The translations under genes and the position numbers were made by a program. The notes beneath the pieces are model-generated. The model worked only from the letters and a program-made list of their open reading frames with translations, was not told the origin of the DNA and searched no databases. This document shows, piece by piece, positions 1-9,588 of a stretch of DNA of 64,000 nucleotides. The first letter of the stretch is position 1. The number at the start of each line of letters is the position of its first letter. The stretch comes from a virus, in IMG/VR virus record IMGVR_UViG_3300043777_000022, positions 4,544 through 68,543 of that record. One strand, given 5' to 3'.

Positions 1-922
1 GTTCAAGGAAAATGTGCGGGGCGTCGTCGTCGGAAGAATCAACGGGGCGCTTGTCGTCCTTCTGGCTGTCCGAAGACGCCACTGGATAATTGATTTCCAG
101 GAACGTCTCGGCCCGCTCGTTCTCAGTAATTTCAATTGGGTATAGTCGTATTTCCTCGGTAAGACGCATCGCAGTCTCGACCGACTTCGCCCAGTAATTG
201 ATCACGAGTTGAGGGGCGGGCACCATGATCGAAGCATTGCGACCATTGGCGCTATCGAAATAAGACTTTCGAAACACGCAGCCAGCGATGGGGAGGATAT
301 GAAGGAGTTTGTCCGTTTCCTCTTCCCATTCGGGTTGCTCGTCGAGCAACTGCCACGACATGTGTTCGCCGATGCGCTGCGCCCGTTCCTTCTTGGCACC
401 AGGGGGAACTTGGTAGGCCGGTTGACCCGTTTGAGGGTTAATGACCGGACCTTGCGGCCCTATCATTGGTACACCGTCGTCCGAACCTACCGTCGTCCCC
501 CGGACCACTTCCTTGCCAGAAACGATAGCAGGGTAGGCGCGAGCCGCGAATTGAATGGCCGCATTAGTCATCAGGGGGTAGATAACGTTGGAAGCACGGG
601 GCCACGGATAAGACTTGGCCTCGGCCACTTGCATCGCCAAGTCCATAGACTTCTTGGACTTCTCGCGCCAGTCGGAGCAGGAATTGTAGTCCAAGTCGTA
701 CTCGCGGATTACCTTCTGAGCGATTTCGCCAAGCAGTTCGTCGTCCAAGTCCTTGGCAATGTTTATGGATTTTTCCCACTCCATCAATTTCTTGTGGGTG
801 GCGAGGTGTTTGTCCTCGAAATCCGTGCCCTGCGGCGACTGCAAAGGGGCAGCCGGGGGCGAGACACCCTGATCCGGCTCTCCCGGCTGGAGTTCTGTTT
901 CGTCCTGGGGTTCGTCAGCCAT
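1..922 (-). CDS. Portal protein, N-terminal part (runs off left edge)
   Basis: Open minus frame from ATG 922 (MADEPQDETE...KSYPWPRASNVIYPLMTNAAIQFAARAYP...HMSWQLLDEQPEWEEETDKLLHILPIAGCVFRKSYFD); portal-like sequence downstream of terminase; absent from ORF track because it has no stop in the window. Confidence 0.85.
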   Translation of the reverse strand, partial: MADEPQDETELQPGEPDQGVSPPAAPLQSPQGTDFEDKHLATHKKLMEWEKSINIAKDLDDELLGEIAQKVIREYDLDYNSCSDWREKSKKSMDLAMQVAEAKSYPWPRASNVIYPLMTNAAIQFAARAYPAIVSGKEVVRGTTVGSDDGVPMIGPQGPVINPQTGQPAYQVPPGAKKERAQRIGEHMSWQLLDEQPEWEEETDKLLHILPIAGCVFRKSYFDSANGRNASIMVPAPQLVINYWAKSVETAMRLTEEIRLYPIEITENERAETFLEINYPVASSDSQKDDKRPVDSSDDDAPHIFLE

Positions 923-1167
923 CAGAACCTACTCATATCAGCGGGATGCTCAGGAACGTGTTCAACGGGACCAGCTATTGGCCCCCACTTTCTGCCCTTT
1001 AATTCGTCCCTCTTACTAAATTGAGCGCGTAGACCAGCTTCGTGGGCGTCCTCGCCTGTTGCTCCATTTAATTTAGCGTCTTTATGAGCGACCCTATACG
1101 CCCACGATTCCACTTTACGGCGTTCGCCCCAGTTACGAGGAGGAGGATTCCAGGCGAAGTCAGCCAT
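922..1167 (-). CDS. Hypothetical protein, N-terminus MADFAWN
   Basis: ORF track; stop abuts portal start. Confidence 0.65.
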   Translation of the reverse strand: MADFAWNPPPRNWGERRKVESWAYRVAHKDAKLNGATGEDAHEAGLRAQFSKRDELKGRKWGPIAGPVEHVPEHPADMSRF

Positions 1168-1519
1168 TTGTCACCTGAAATTGGGACTTAACTGCCCATC
1201 TGTTTTTGACCGCACGATGCATGCCGCGCTTGTCGGCAATAGTGATCTGGTACTCGATTAGCTCAGGGCGCTGAAACCACTCCAAAACCATCTTCTCGTC
1301 CCCCGTCACGAACTTTTCATTCTTCGCCGCCATGGCCCAAGGACGCCACGCAGAAATAGCATGCTCCTGATCGGAATACAAGACAGGGGGGTAAGGCATG
1401 GCCTCAAAAGGGGACATACCGCCGCTCCAGACCAGAGGCAAGTCCGAGTTTCGTTCCGGACGGTCCTTAACCGCGAAGAACAGGCGCTCGAAATCTTTGA
1501 TAGCGGCGTCAAGAGTCAT
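1160..1519 (-). CDS. Hypothetical protein, possible paralog of 6029-6343
   Basis: Coupled ORF; shared SxG..P and LxW..RPxL pattern. Confidence 0.65.
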   Translation of the reverse strand: MTLDAAIKDFERLFFAVKDRPERNSDLPLVWSGGMSPFEAMPYPPVLYSDQEHAISAWRPWAMAAKNEKFVTGDEKMVLEWFQRPELIEYQITIADKRGMHRAVKNRWAVKSQFQVTNG

Positions 1520-1812
1520 ACCTTCGTAAACTTTCCAGGGCTGTCTTCGCGATGAATGCGATATTGAGCATATGAAACGGGATCACCAAGGTCATCATCG
1601 GACAGTTTTGGGTCATGATAAATGTGTTCACTACCCATCTTTGTACGTTTGGCCTTAGTCCCCAGGTGCTGGTCAATAGTATTGCGAGCCGCGCCGTAAT
1701 TGTCGTGGACCCCGAGAACTTCGTGTAGCTCTTCGCTACCTCGATTACCTCCTTGAGCGTCGTGATGGGTAACGACGTGCGTCTTGCCAACGTATGAAGG
1801 ATTGTGAGCCAT
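1516..1812 (-). CDS. His-rich hypothetical protein
   Basis: SD GGAG upstream; extended -10 TGGTAGGAT near 1836-1844. Confidence 0.65.
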   Translation of the reverse strand: MAHNPSYVGKTHVVTHHDAQGGNRGSEELHEVLGVHDNYGAARNTIDQHLGTKAKRTKMGSEHIYHDPKLSDDDLGDPVSYAQYRIHREDSPGKFTKV

Positions 1813-1870
1813 CAGGGCAGTCTCCGTTTAGTCGCATCCTACCACGGCGAGCGCCGCGCCGCTAGTCACT

Positions 1871-3289
1871 TCAGTACCCGGTAATTTCGGAGCGCTCAAA
1901 TTGGTCAAAAGAATGATCGTCGTAAGAACGGGAAGATCGTGGCTCGGTTAGACCACCACCGAAAATCCGAGTCAAGGGGTATTGCAGAGCGTCGTGCACG
2001 TGGGAGTAGGGATTCTTGTCCGGCACGGCAGTGTATTTCTCTGCCGCCGTCTGTAGCCGCCGATACTGATACCCTCCCATAAAGCCTTTGCGCAGGACCT
2101 TACAGCGAGGGTGCAGTTGGAAACCGGGCTTGCCTGCCACTAAACGGGTGAGGGGACGTCGAACCGACTCCAGGCGGATAGCAACCGATTGGAGTCCCGG
2201 TTCAATCATGATCCCCTTTGATTGGAGAATTTGGAAACACGTTTTTTCGTCAGTCTGAGAACGTTGCACGCCAGCCGGGTCGCCTATATCAATGAATTCC
2301 CAGTCCGGGTAGTGTACGGAAGAGTGAGTAATCACCTCGTCGCTGAACTGATCGACACCCATAGAATCAGAAAGAAGCTCGTCAAATACTATAAGCTGTC
2401 CCGTGGGTAATAACTGCATAAAAACACACGCTGGAGTAAGTCCGAAGTCGAAACCTCTGTATATGGGGGCATAGGCAACCGGTTTTATATCTTTATTACA
2501 ATGAGCAGTGTCGTTGTACTCAAGGAACACTGCGCGACCATCGACGACGAAGCCCCACTGTCCCTCGCAATAGACCTTAACGAACTCGCGGTCCTTACCA
2601 AGGGACATGTTCTTATAGTAGCCCCGGCCATTGGGAAGATTGTCCAGGTTCTCAGCCTGAGGGCCAAGACCAGACGGCTGCATGAACAATTCCACAGATT
2701 TCTTGTCGTGTTCGGTCTCGACGAAGAATTTATATAGCTTGGAATCGGTGTCGGCGGGGTTAGTGTCCATGAATACGCCGTGCCAAGTCGCTCCACCGTC
2801 GCGCATGGCTGGATATCGACCCACACGCCCCTGAAGAGCTTCAATTATCGCCCAAGGGACTTCTCGGGCCTCGTTGACCCAGCCGCCCGTGACTTCTAAC
2901 GAAAGGAGATTGCCGACGTGATCCGGCCGGTCGAGCGCCCGAAATATCACTTGTATCTCGCAATTCTCGAAGGCCCGGATTGTATATGATTGGTCGGACT
3001 GGCGATAATCGCCGAAATGAACAGGAGGCAGCCAGTCGAGGAAGGTCTTAATGGTCGAGTCGCTTAGCTGGCGATAAGTGTTTCGCACTACGATCCAACG
3101 GGACCTACGGATGCCGTCCGGACCGGGCTTTTGCGCGAGAGCGCGGGAAATAAGTTCTATGACGCAACCGACTGACTTACCCGAACCGAAAGGCCCCACC
3201 AAGCACCGCATGAATGCGTCGCTTTCGCTGAATTTGCGAATAGTAGGGACGCCTTTGTAGCTATAAACTATCTTGTGAGTGTCGGCCAT
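1871..3289 (-). CDS. terL: Terminase large subunit
   Basis: Walker A GPFGSGKS, VVRNTY, WVNEARE, nuclease motifs GFDFG, GDPAG, HVHDALQY. Confidence 0.95.
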   Translation of the reverse strand: MADTHKIVYSYKGVPTIRKFSESDAFMRCLVGPFGSGKSVGCVIELISRALAQKPGPDGIRRSRWIVVRNTYRQLSDSTIKTFLDWLPPVHFGDYRQSDQSYTIRAFENCEIQVIFRALDRPDHVGNLLSLEVTGGWVNEAREVPWAIIEALQGRVGRYPAMRDGGATWHGVFMDTNPADTDSKLYKFFVETEHDKKSVELFMQPSGLGPQAENLDNLPNGRGYYKNMSLGKDREFVKVYCEGQWGFVVDGRAVFLEYNDTAHCNKDIKPVAYAPIYRGFDFGLTPACVFMQLLPTGQLIVFDELLSDSMGVDQFSDEVITHSSVHYPDWEFIDIGDPAGVQRSQTDEKTCFQILQSKGIMIEPGLQSVAIRLESVRRPLTRLVAGKPGFQLHPRCKVLRKGFMGGYQYRRLQTAAEKYTAVPDKNPYSHVHDALQYPLTRIFGGGLTEPRSSRSYDDHSFDQFERSEITGY

Positions 3290-3290
3290 C

Positions 3291-3866
3291 TTAGTCTTTC
3301 GTGATCACGAACTGCACGTGCCGATGCTCGTGTTCAATCTTTTCATTCATAAGACCCAGGTGCTTGGCAATAGTAAGCAGGGCCTGTTGTTTGTCGGCCA
3401 GCTTGACCCGTACTCCCGCCTTAGTCTCGATAACTTCGGTGATCGCCGCCTTGGCCTCGGGAGTAAGTTCCGCACTGTCCTTAATCTTGACCTTGCCCTC
3501 TGACCACTCTACCAAATCGGTTTGATTAGTAAACGCCAGTGCCGCCAACTCCTCCAGCACCCGTTCTTGCGTGATGGCATATTTGTCCATGACTTTAACG
3601 GTCACCTTATGGACCTTCTCCTCAGTCTCGGCGAGGATTTTCATTATTTTGGGATTTTTTAGCATCCGATTGGTGGACGTTACCCTGTGGTTCTTAGTTA
3701 CAGGGTCGCCCTCTTTCCAATTTTGGGCATAAACACGCGCGTAGGCCAACGGCCCGTTCTTGCCGTTCCTCAGGTATTCTTCTACCCAGCGTCTTTGTTT
3801 CTCGGTAAGGCAGTCTAATTGTTTATATACGACAGGGGCCTTACCGGTTTTTACCGGTGCGCCCAT
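3291..3866 (-). CDS. terS: Terminase small subunit
   Basis: LTEKQRRWVEEY, ITQERVLEELAALAF, KLADKQQAL..IAKHLG; directly upstream of terL. Confidence 0.9.
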   Translation of the reverse strand: MGAPVKTGKAPVVYKQLDCLTEKQRRWVEEYLRNGKNGPLAYARVYAQNWKEGDPVTKNHRVTSTNRMLKNPKIMKILAETEEKVHKVTVKVMDKYAITQERVLEELAALAFTNQTDLVEWSEGKVKIKDSAELTPEAKAAITEVIETKAGVRVKLADKQQALLTIAKHLGLMNEKIEHEHRHVQFVITKD

Positions 3867-4027
3867 TTGCCCATCGTCTGCGCGCGGATCGCGTCATTTC
3901 GAATTTCGGTATTGCTCGAATGAGCAGCCTTAGCCAGTCGTTTAGCACCGATTTTCTTACCTTCAGGGATTCCGAGTTCACGGTGCAGCTTGCCCTTATG
4001 ACCACCTGGATTGAACTTTTTCTTCAT
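3851..4027 (-). CDS. Small basic protein (MKKKFNPGGHKGKLHRELGIPEGKKI...)
   Basis: 58-aa ORF read by hand, below track cutoff; coupled to neighbours. Confidence 0.65.
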   Translation of the reverse strand: MKKKFNPGGHKGKLHRELGIPEGKKIGAKRLAKAAHSSNTEIRNDAIRAQTMGKWAHR

Positions 4028-4245
4028 TACTGCTCCTGTCTTTGAAACGCCTTCATATCTGTTGGCCCAAAAGCCATCGCTCGCTGGGCCATGTAATTCT
4101 TCGGACTAGTGGGCGTGTAGCCGACCGAGTCGGCCCGCGTCGGGCCATAGCCGGACGTGGTGCCAGGGACCACCTGCCCCTGCGCCGACGCTCCCCGGGC
4201 CGTACCGTGGCCGGACGAGGCACCTACGCGGACCGCACCGCTCAT
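4027..4245 (-). CDS. Small Gly/Ser-rich protein
   Basis: SD GAGG; operon context. Confidence 0.6.
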   Translation of the reverse strand: MSGAVRVGASSGHGTARGASAQGQVVPGTTSGYGPTRADSVGYTPTSPKNYMAQRAMAFGPTDMKAFQRQEQ

Positions 4246-4254
4246 GTCGTCCTC

Positions 4255-4473
4255 TTACTTGTGTGGACCCATATCTGGGTTTAACTGAGACGGGAGCTTT
4301 CCCTTAGTGTGCATTGCGGGGTGTCCGACTGCTCGCTGATGGTCGTGCAGGTGTTTTCCGTCGTTGTGTTTGCCATCCGGGTGCTTTTTACCCGCAAAAG
4401 TCTTGTGGTGGTCATCACACATGTCGTCCATTGTAGAACCTCCAGTTAGTGCCTTGGGTGAAGAACCTGACAT
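4255..4473 (-). CDS. Small His/Lys-rich protein
   Basis: Shares DHxR...QxNPDxGP with next gene. Confidence 0.6.
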   Translation of the reverse strand: MSGSSPKALTGGSTMDDMCDDHHKTFAGKKHPDGKHNDGKHLHDHQRAVGHPAMHTKGKLPSQLNPDMGPHK

Positions 4474-4478
4474 AATCA

Positions 4479-4724
4479 TTAAGCTTTTGACCAATTCTTG
4501 TGGTTGTAGTGGGACGGACCATGATCCGGATTGGCCTGATTGCCTTGGATCGGGGGAGCCGCACCGCGCTTGTGATCGGGCATGTAGGAATCGCCTTCCT
4601 CACCGGCCGGGCCGTTCACCGCCTTGGACGCCAGCGATTCTACGCCGTAATCGCCGTCCGGCATCGTGCCGCCCATTCCAAGGCGCTTCCTAGGCGAAAC
4701 GAACTTTTCGTTAATCGTGCCCAT
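4479..4724 (-). CDS. Small protein, paralog-like to 4255-4473
   Basis: SD GGAG before MGTINEKF; DHKR...QANPDHGP. Confidence 0.6.
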   Translation of the reverse strand: MGTINEKFVSPRKRLGMGGTMPDGDYGVESLASKAVNGPAGEEGDSYMPDHKRGAAPPIQGNQANPDHGPSHYNHKNWSKA

Positions 4725-5035
4725 TATTTGTCTCCTGGCCAATTCGAGGCCACTCGCGATTTAAAATCTGCTACACCCGCGCGAGCAAGAGTAGCCTGCG
4801 GTTGCTTGGGGTTGCCCCAACGCTCATAATGCCAATCCGCCTTGGCTCCCATAGCCGCCGCGTACTTGCGGTGTTCGTCAGCCGTACCGTGGTGCATATG
4901 ATAACGGTCTTCGAACTTGGAATGATCGCCCTCAACCGGCGACAAATTGTGCTGCGTCGGATGCTGCATATCGGAATGCTTGCCCGTCATAAACCGGTCC
5001 AGGTCATGCATATTACTCATCCGAATACTAGTCAT
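4724..5035 (-). CDS. His/Met-rich hypothetical protein
   Basis: Coupled ORF. Confidence 0.6.
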   Translation of the reverse strand: MTSIRMSNMHDLDRFMTGKHSDMQHPTQHNLSPVEGDHSKFEDRYHMHHGTADEHRKYAAAMGAKADWHYERWGNPKQPQATLARAGVADFKSRVASNWPGDK

Positions 5036-5277
5036 TACGAGGCTGCCGGGGTTGCAGGCGCAGCGGGAGCCGGGGCGACCGGTGCCGTAGCCACGACTTT
5101 TTTGGCCGCTTCAAGGGCAGCAGCATCCGCCTCCGCCTTGGCGACCAGGGCCTTCGCCGCCGAAATGGCGCGCTTGGATTCCAGGGTCTTCAGCCATGCG
5201 ACCGTGGCCGGGACACCCTTGGTGCCGATCAGATAGCCCGCCGCAAAAATCAGTACGTCAAATGCAATGGTCCACAT
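5035..5277 (-). CDS. Small membrane-anchored Ala-rich protein
   Basis: N-terminal hydrophobic helix; coupled. Confidence 0.6.
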   Translation of the reverse strand: MWTIAFDVLIFAAGYLIGTKGVPATVAWLKTLESKRAISAAKALVAKAEADAAALEAAKKVVATAPVAPAPAAPATPAAS

Positions 5278-5507
5278 TATTCCACCTTCGTCTTCGGTTT
5301 GACCTGCCCAAACGCTTTATTCCCGCCGTGATTGAAGGCAGTAGGGTTGAGCCGATGCCCTGCCGACTCCTTCTTCAAATGTAATACCCCGGATACCATC
5401 TTCTTGTGCTTCGACGCCGCTGACAGTGCCGTATGCACTCCAGCGGGTAGGGCATCACTGGGACTAGGCTTAAATTTCGGCTTGGCTATAGTCAGAAGGG
5501 ATGCCAT
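5277..5507 (-). CDS. Small basic protein, probably leaderless
   Basis: ATG 6 nt downstream of -10 TATTAT. Confidence 0.6.
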   Translation of the reverse strand: MASLLTIAKPKFKPSPSDALPAGVHTALSAASKHKKMVSGVLHLKKESAGHRLNPTAFNHGGNKAFGQVKPKTKVE

Positions 5508-5513
5508 GGCCCG

Positions 5514-5542
5514 ATAATACCACTTTCACTCGTTCGGGTCAA
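5514..5542 (-). promoter_or_regulatory. Sigma70-type promoter TTGACC-N17-TATTAT
   Basis: Near-consensus hexamers, 17-bp spacer, extended TG. Confidence 0.7.
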
Positions 5543-5667
5543 TTAGGTAATCGGAGCGGGCCTGTTCGTATCGGTAGATTACCATTCGCACGAACCCGTC
5601 GTCGGTCAGGGCCTTATCCTCTTCGCGAACGTGGCGACGCATCAACTCATTGAAACGGGCGCGCTGA

Positions 5668-5868
5668 TCAACTACTGAATTCACCAGTATCCCCTAGAAT
5701 CGCGATCTTAATATCTTCCGGGGTGGCGTTCAGACCTTCACAACAGTACCCGAAGCCCTGCATGTTGCAATCGGGACAGGGTACTATAATAGGCACTCCC
5801 TCCATCCGGACCTTGTCGTTGGAAGTAAGGATTACGCGGCGCTTGCCTTGGCAGCGGGGGCAGATCAT
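5668..5868 (-). CDS. Small zinc-finger protein (CPRCQG...CPDC)
   Basis: DnaJ-like CxxCxG pairs. Confidence 0.6.
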   Translation of the reverse strand: MICPRCQGKRRVILTSNDKVRMEGVPIIVPCPDCNMQGFGYCCEGLNATPEDIKIAILGDTGEFSS

Positions 5869-6029
5869 TTCTTGCGCTTCTTAATGACGCCGTTAGCAAT
5901 AATTTTAGCCTTGGCGTCGTCGCCGGTCTCTTTGAGAACCTTGTTAGCTATTTTGGCCCACTGGCGCTTGGCCTTAGGACCTTTAGCCTTCTTGGTGGAA
6001 CTAGAAGCGTCGCTCGAAGTCCAGGGCAT
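5865..6029 (-). CDS. Small basic protein MPWTSSDASSSTKKAK...RQWAKIANKVL (possible ChaB-like fold)
   Basis: 54-aa ORF read by hand; SD GGAGG. Confidence 0.55.
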   Translation of the reverse strand: MPWTSSDASSSTKKAKGPKAKRQWAKIANKVLKETGDDAKAKIIANGVIKKRKK

Positions 6030-6343
6030 CATTCCCTCCAGATAAAACTACCGTCGTCTAATTGATCAGCAATTTCAGGCTTATCCGAAATCACGAGGCG
6101 AGAATAGATCGTCCATCTATTTGGGCCGTCATTGTCCAACGACGGACGTGTTCTCCAATAGAGAGTACCCGTTTTGCCCTTCTTGTATTCAGCTAGACTC
6201 TTGTCATATTCTACCACGGCGGCAGCCGCCGTATTGAATAGCGCCGTCATCTGGCCTTCAGGCTTGATACCCGCCGAACACAAACAATCGTAGCGGTCGC
6301 CCGTTTCACAGCGTGAAGTCGGTATCCCGTCTTTCTCGATCAT
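6029..6343 (-). CDS. Hypothetical protein
   Basis: ORF track, start adjusted to MIEKDG. Confidence 0.55.
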   Translation of the reverse strand: MIEKDGIPTSRCETGDRYDCLCSAGIKPEGQMTALFNTAAAAVVEYDKSLAEYKKGKTGTLYWRTRPSLDNDGPNRWTIYSRLVISDKPEIADQLDDGSFIWRE

Positions 6344-6425
6344 GAAAACACCTTTACTATTAGTTCTATGCTGCACGCGGCTATCAAGCCGCAGATTACT
6401 AGTATCTGAAAGGCCGTCTCGCCGC

Positions 6426-6635
6426 TCAATGTACTGTCAGTCCCACCATTCTGCACAATTCGAGGAGTAGGGCCTCGGGAGTCGGTTGCGCCCCCACGCA
6501 GTCGAAAATCTTGTTTACGTTGCGCTCGCCCCAAATCTCGTAGGCGTCCTGGTAGTCCTCGTCGTAGGTAAAAACGATGGCCAGGGCGGGTTCACCCTCT
6601 CGTATGAAATTCGAATATTCGACTTTTGAAATCAT
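6426..6635 (-). CDS. Hypothetical protein
   Basis: ATGA-coupled ORF. Confidence 0.55.
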   Translation of the reverse strand: MISKVEYSNFIREGEPALAIVFTYDEDYQDAYEIWGERNVNKIFDCVGAQPTPEALLLELCRMVGLTVH

Positions 6636-7147
6636 GCCACCAACTTCTCATTCATCCGTTGGATCAATTTGTAGTCGTTACTGTCCTTATATGGCCGGAA
6701 GTCTAACTCTGCCGGTATTCTCTGTATCTTCTCGTGCTGGTCGGCCTTAATATAGGGGTCCAGCGCTTTCTCGTAGAGAGTGGACGACACCCCGTGTCGC
6801 TCTAACTCTTTATGTTCGGCCAAGGTCGCCAGTTCGTGCGCCTCATTATAACGCATCCCGGCAAAGTCTAGCAAGGCCTTTTCAGTCCGTTCATGTACGA
6901 TTAGGAACGGAAATATGTGGACTAGCCGACCGCCGATACGGAGAGAGGTTGGAAGGTGGCGGTCAATATAGACGATGCGGCCGTCTTTGCTGTAACCGGC
7001 CAGATAAGGAATGTCGTAATCGCGATTGAGAGAAAATTTGGTGTCGTAGAGCCGGTGCGCGACCTTGGACAAGCGGAGACACCGGGCCAACTCTGCCCGG
7101 GATGCCTTAATGTCCTTGAAGTGTGTGTGACGATGACCACTCGACAT
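6632..7147 (-). CDS. Putative metal-binding protein (HExxE ... AH motif)
   Basis: DIPYLAGYSKDG.IVYID, LIVHERTEKAL, AHELA. Confidence 0.55.
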   Translation of the reverse strand: MSSGHRHTHFKDIKASRAELARCLRLSKVAHRLYDTKFSLNRDYDIPYLAGYSKDGRIVYIDRHLPTSLRIGGRLVHIFPFLIVHERTEKALLDFAGMRYNEAHELATLAEHKELERHGVSSTLYEKALDPYIKADQHEKIQRIPAELDFRPYKDSNDYKLIQRMNEKLVA

Positions 7148-7199
7148 TCCAAAGTAATAACACAAAGAAAAGACCGCAATAAGTAATTATTCCAGGGCT

Positions 7200-7529
7200 T
7201 TAACGCCCCGTCCATTTCTTACTGTTATGAACCGGCGTCGTAAATCGCGCCAGTTTAATCATGTCTTCGAAGAGCGCGGGGTCTTCGCAGACCAAGGAAA
7301 GGACTTCGCCCATGCTAATGGGGCTGCTACGGTATTGTCCTTGCCCACAATACGGTCCTTGGTAAAACCTGTTTATTGAAGGAAGATCACGCCAGCGCTT
7401 TTCCATAGCTTCGGTCGCCAACGAAGCAGCAGCCTCGCGCGGTGTGTCGAAGGCATAACCATTCGCGCCCTTGTACTTTACCGTCGTACCGGCATCGCGA
7501 ACGAGGGCGTCAAGGTCGAGAGTAGTCAT
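7200..7529 (-). CDS. Hypothetical protein
   Basis: ORF immediately after tRNA CCA end. Confidence 0.55.
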   Translation of the reverse strand: MTTLDLDALVRDAGTTVKYKGANGYAFDTPREAAASLATEAMEKRWRDLPSINRFYQGPYCGQGQYRSSPISMGEVLSLVCEDPALFEDMIKLARFTTPVHNSKKWTGR

Positions 7530-7533
7530 AAAT

Positions 7534-7611
7534 TGGCGCCCCCAGGTCGGATCGAACGACCATCCTCGTCCCGAGAGAGACGATATCCTATGCCAATTAG
7601 ACGATGGGGGC
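7534..7611 (-). tRNA. tRNA-Glu-like (CTC) with 8-nt anticodon loop
   Basis: GCCCCCA/TGGGGGC acceptor, G discriminator, encoded CCA; D arm GTCT/GGAT; anticodon stem TCGTC/GACGA around TCTCTCGG; T arm GGTCG-TTCGATC-CGACC. Confidence 0.85.
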
Positions 7612-9013
7612 TCGCGACTAAACTCTTAACCATGTCCCTATCCTACCACGCGGGGCGGGAGGGATCGAGGCCTACTCGCTCGGAGCGGGGCAGACCCAAA
7701 TTCGCGCTCAAAAGCGGCGTCGAAGACCGCCTTGAGTTCGGGGGTCGGGAAATCTGTCGGCTCGAACTCTTCCCAGCCCTCTTGCCCCGCAGGACAATCC
7801 TGGCAGTAGATTTCGCGACAGTCCGGAAAAATGCACCCCATCGGCATGGCTTTCTCCTATGTGTGCCGTTGGCTCGGTCAATCTCGTCCTGGTGGGGACA
7901 ACACGTCTTGCAGTACATTCCCTGGCAGTCGGGCCACATACAAACCATTGGCATTTCAACTCCCCCGGATGCAAACTGTGGTGCGCGGGTCAGCGACACG
8001 CGACAATTCCTGTCTGGCCTCCTCGCACGCCGCCTTGGTCGGGTAAACGTGCAGGATCGTGGCGACGTGGAGGAGGATCACCAAGATGTAAGGCATCAGC
8101 GTCCTCCAAACCATATAAGGGCCAGACCAACGAAGATCGCTGCGATAGTCAGCGCGTTCCAACGGTGATAATGGCCGGGATCGAGAAGCATCATCGCCTC
8201 TTGGGGTTCATCGAACCCGGCGTCTTGAAACCAAGCTGATCCTTGGCGGGCAGCACTTTGAGTGTCAAGGAGTGGGCAAGGCGGCGGCGCGCGAGGCGCT
8301 TCATAGCCTTCCCCAGCTTGCCCTTGCCTGACTTGTAAGGCTTGGCGGTGTTGCGCTTTTCATGGACCTGTCGGCCCTTCGTACAGCGCGGATGAATAGA
8401 GACGCTATCCATGGCTACGAATACACAAGACAAACATCAGCGCTAGCCACGCCAGACGGGGGAAGAACGTCCCAATTAGCCCGAGAGAGCAGAACATGCT
8501 AAGTTCGTCGTGGGTCATCTTTCTCTCCAGTGTGTGCCCGGTAGCCGATACGCGATACCTGCAGGTCGCCCACCAAGGCCCTGTCGGGGATCGCCGAGAC
8601 CAGAGGAGGGGGGCTACCGGGCACAGTAGCAGGATATCACGGGTGCACGGGCGGAGGGATAGGCGCTCCAGGTGAGCAGGCCACGGTAAAGGATAGGGGC
8701 TTACTACGGGAGGAAAGGTTGTGTAAGAGCGCCGTGGCCTGATTGGCGCAATCCTGCATGTTTGGACTAAGCTTGACATAAACGGCTGGAGGGAAACCCG
8801 TCACCATAACCACCAGGACCAATTTAATCATGCCGCACCACTACCGGTATCCACGCCCAAAGGGTTAGCAGCATAAGGTAGTGCGCCATCCAACTACCGT
8901 ACTTGGGGTTCGGACACTCAGGAACGCCCCTGTCCGCCTTGGCCAGGACTTTAAGCCAAATTTTGGGATAAAATCGAGACGGCGGTTCCATTCGCCACAT
9001 TCGTCTAAAATCT

Positions 9014-9238
9014 CTAATCATCTTCGTGCACGTATGTTGGTACCCGGCCGAAGGCCTTTAGCGCCCGCTCATTCAGCGCTTGCTTAGCAGAGGGCTTGGA
9101 AAAATGCCCCAACGTGATAGTGTGGGCCGTTGGGTGGTGCAGTTCACCTGACCACAGCCCGGTGCGCGATTTTCGAACTTCAGCGGGGGCAGACAGGGCC
9201 ACGGGGCGGGAAGAATCACGGAAAGCAAAGTCGGTCAT
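9014..9238 (-). CDS. Hypothetical protein, N-terminus MTDFAFR
   Basis: ATGA-coupled to 9235-9585. Confidence 0.6.
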   Translation of the reverse strand: MTDFAFRDSSRPVALSAPAEVRKSRTGLWSGELHHPTAHTITLGHFSKPSAKQALNERALKAFGRVPTYVHEDD

Positions 9239-9585
9239 GAGGAGCCACCAGGGGGGAAAAAGCACGTTATTGTGCCCATGTACGCAAACATCGTTGGTTT
9301 GTTGTCGGGAGCGGGGTCGCCGTAATGAACGGTGTCTTTCGGCACCAACTTCCATTCCCCGGTCTCCAAGTCCTGATACCACCATTCGTCGGCCCCGTCC
9401 TTATTATTAACTCTGAACTGGGTGTGAACGACGTCCGAATGGTTGCAGCAGGATTTCCATTGGACCTGCAAGCGCTGGCGGGTCTCGGGATTAAGTTCGC
9501 GCGTCTCGTACCATTGGCGCACTTCGGGAGGAGCCTGCGCGTATTCAGGCTTCCACGTGATCAGGTAGAGGGCGAGCAGCAACAT
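9235..9585 (-). CDS. Putative secreted Cys-containing protein (WY...SCC...D)
   Basis: Hydrophobic N-terminus; SCC motif. Confidence 0.6.
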   Translation of the reverse strand: MLLLALYLITWKPEYAQAPPEVRQWYETRELNPETRQRLQVQWKSCCNHSDVVHTQFRVNNKDGADEWWYQDLETGEWKLVPKDTVHYGDPAPDNKPTMFAYMGTITCFFPPGGSS

Positions 9586-9588
9586 GGC

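Noticed and set aside
209-1024. 271-aa plus-strand ORF
   Set aside because: Antisense shadow of the portal gene
7638-9021. Several short minus-strand ORFs between the tRNA and 9014
   Set aside because: Probably real small genes, but starts and frames are ambiguous and no function is supportable
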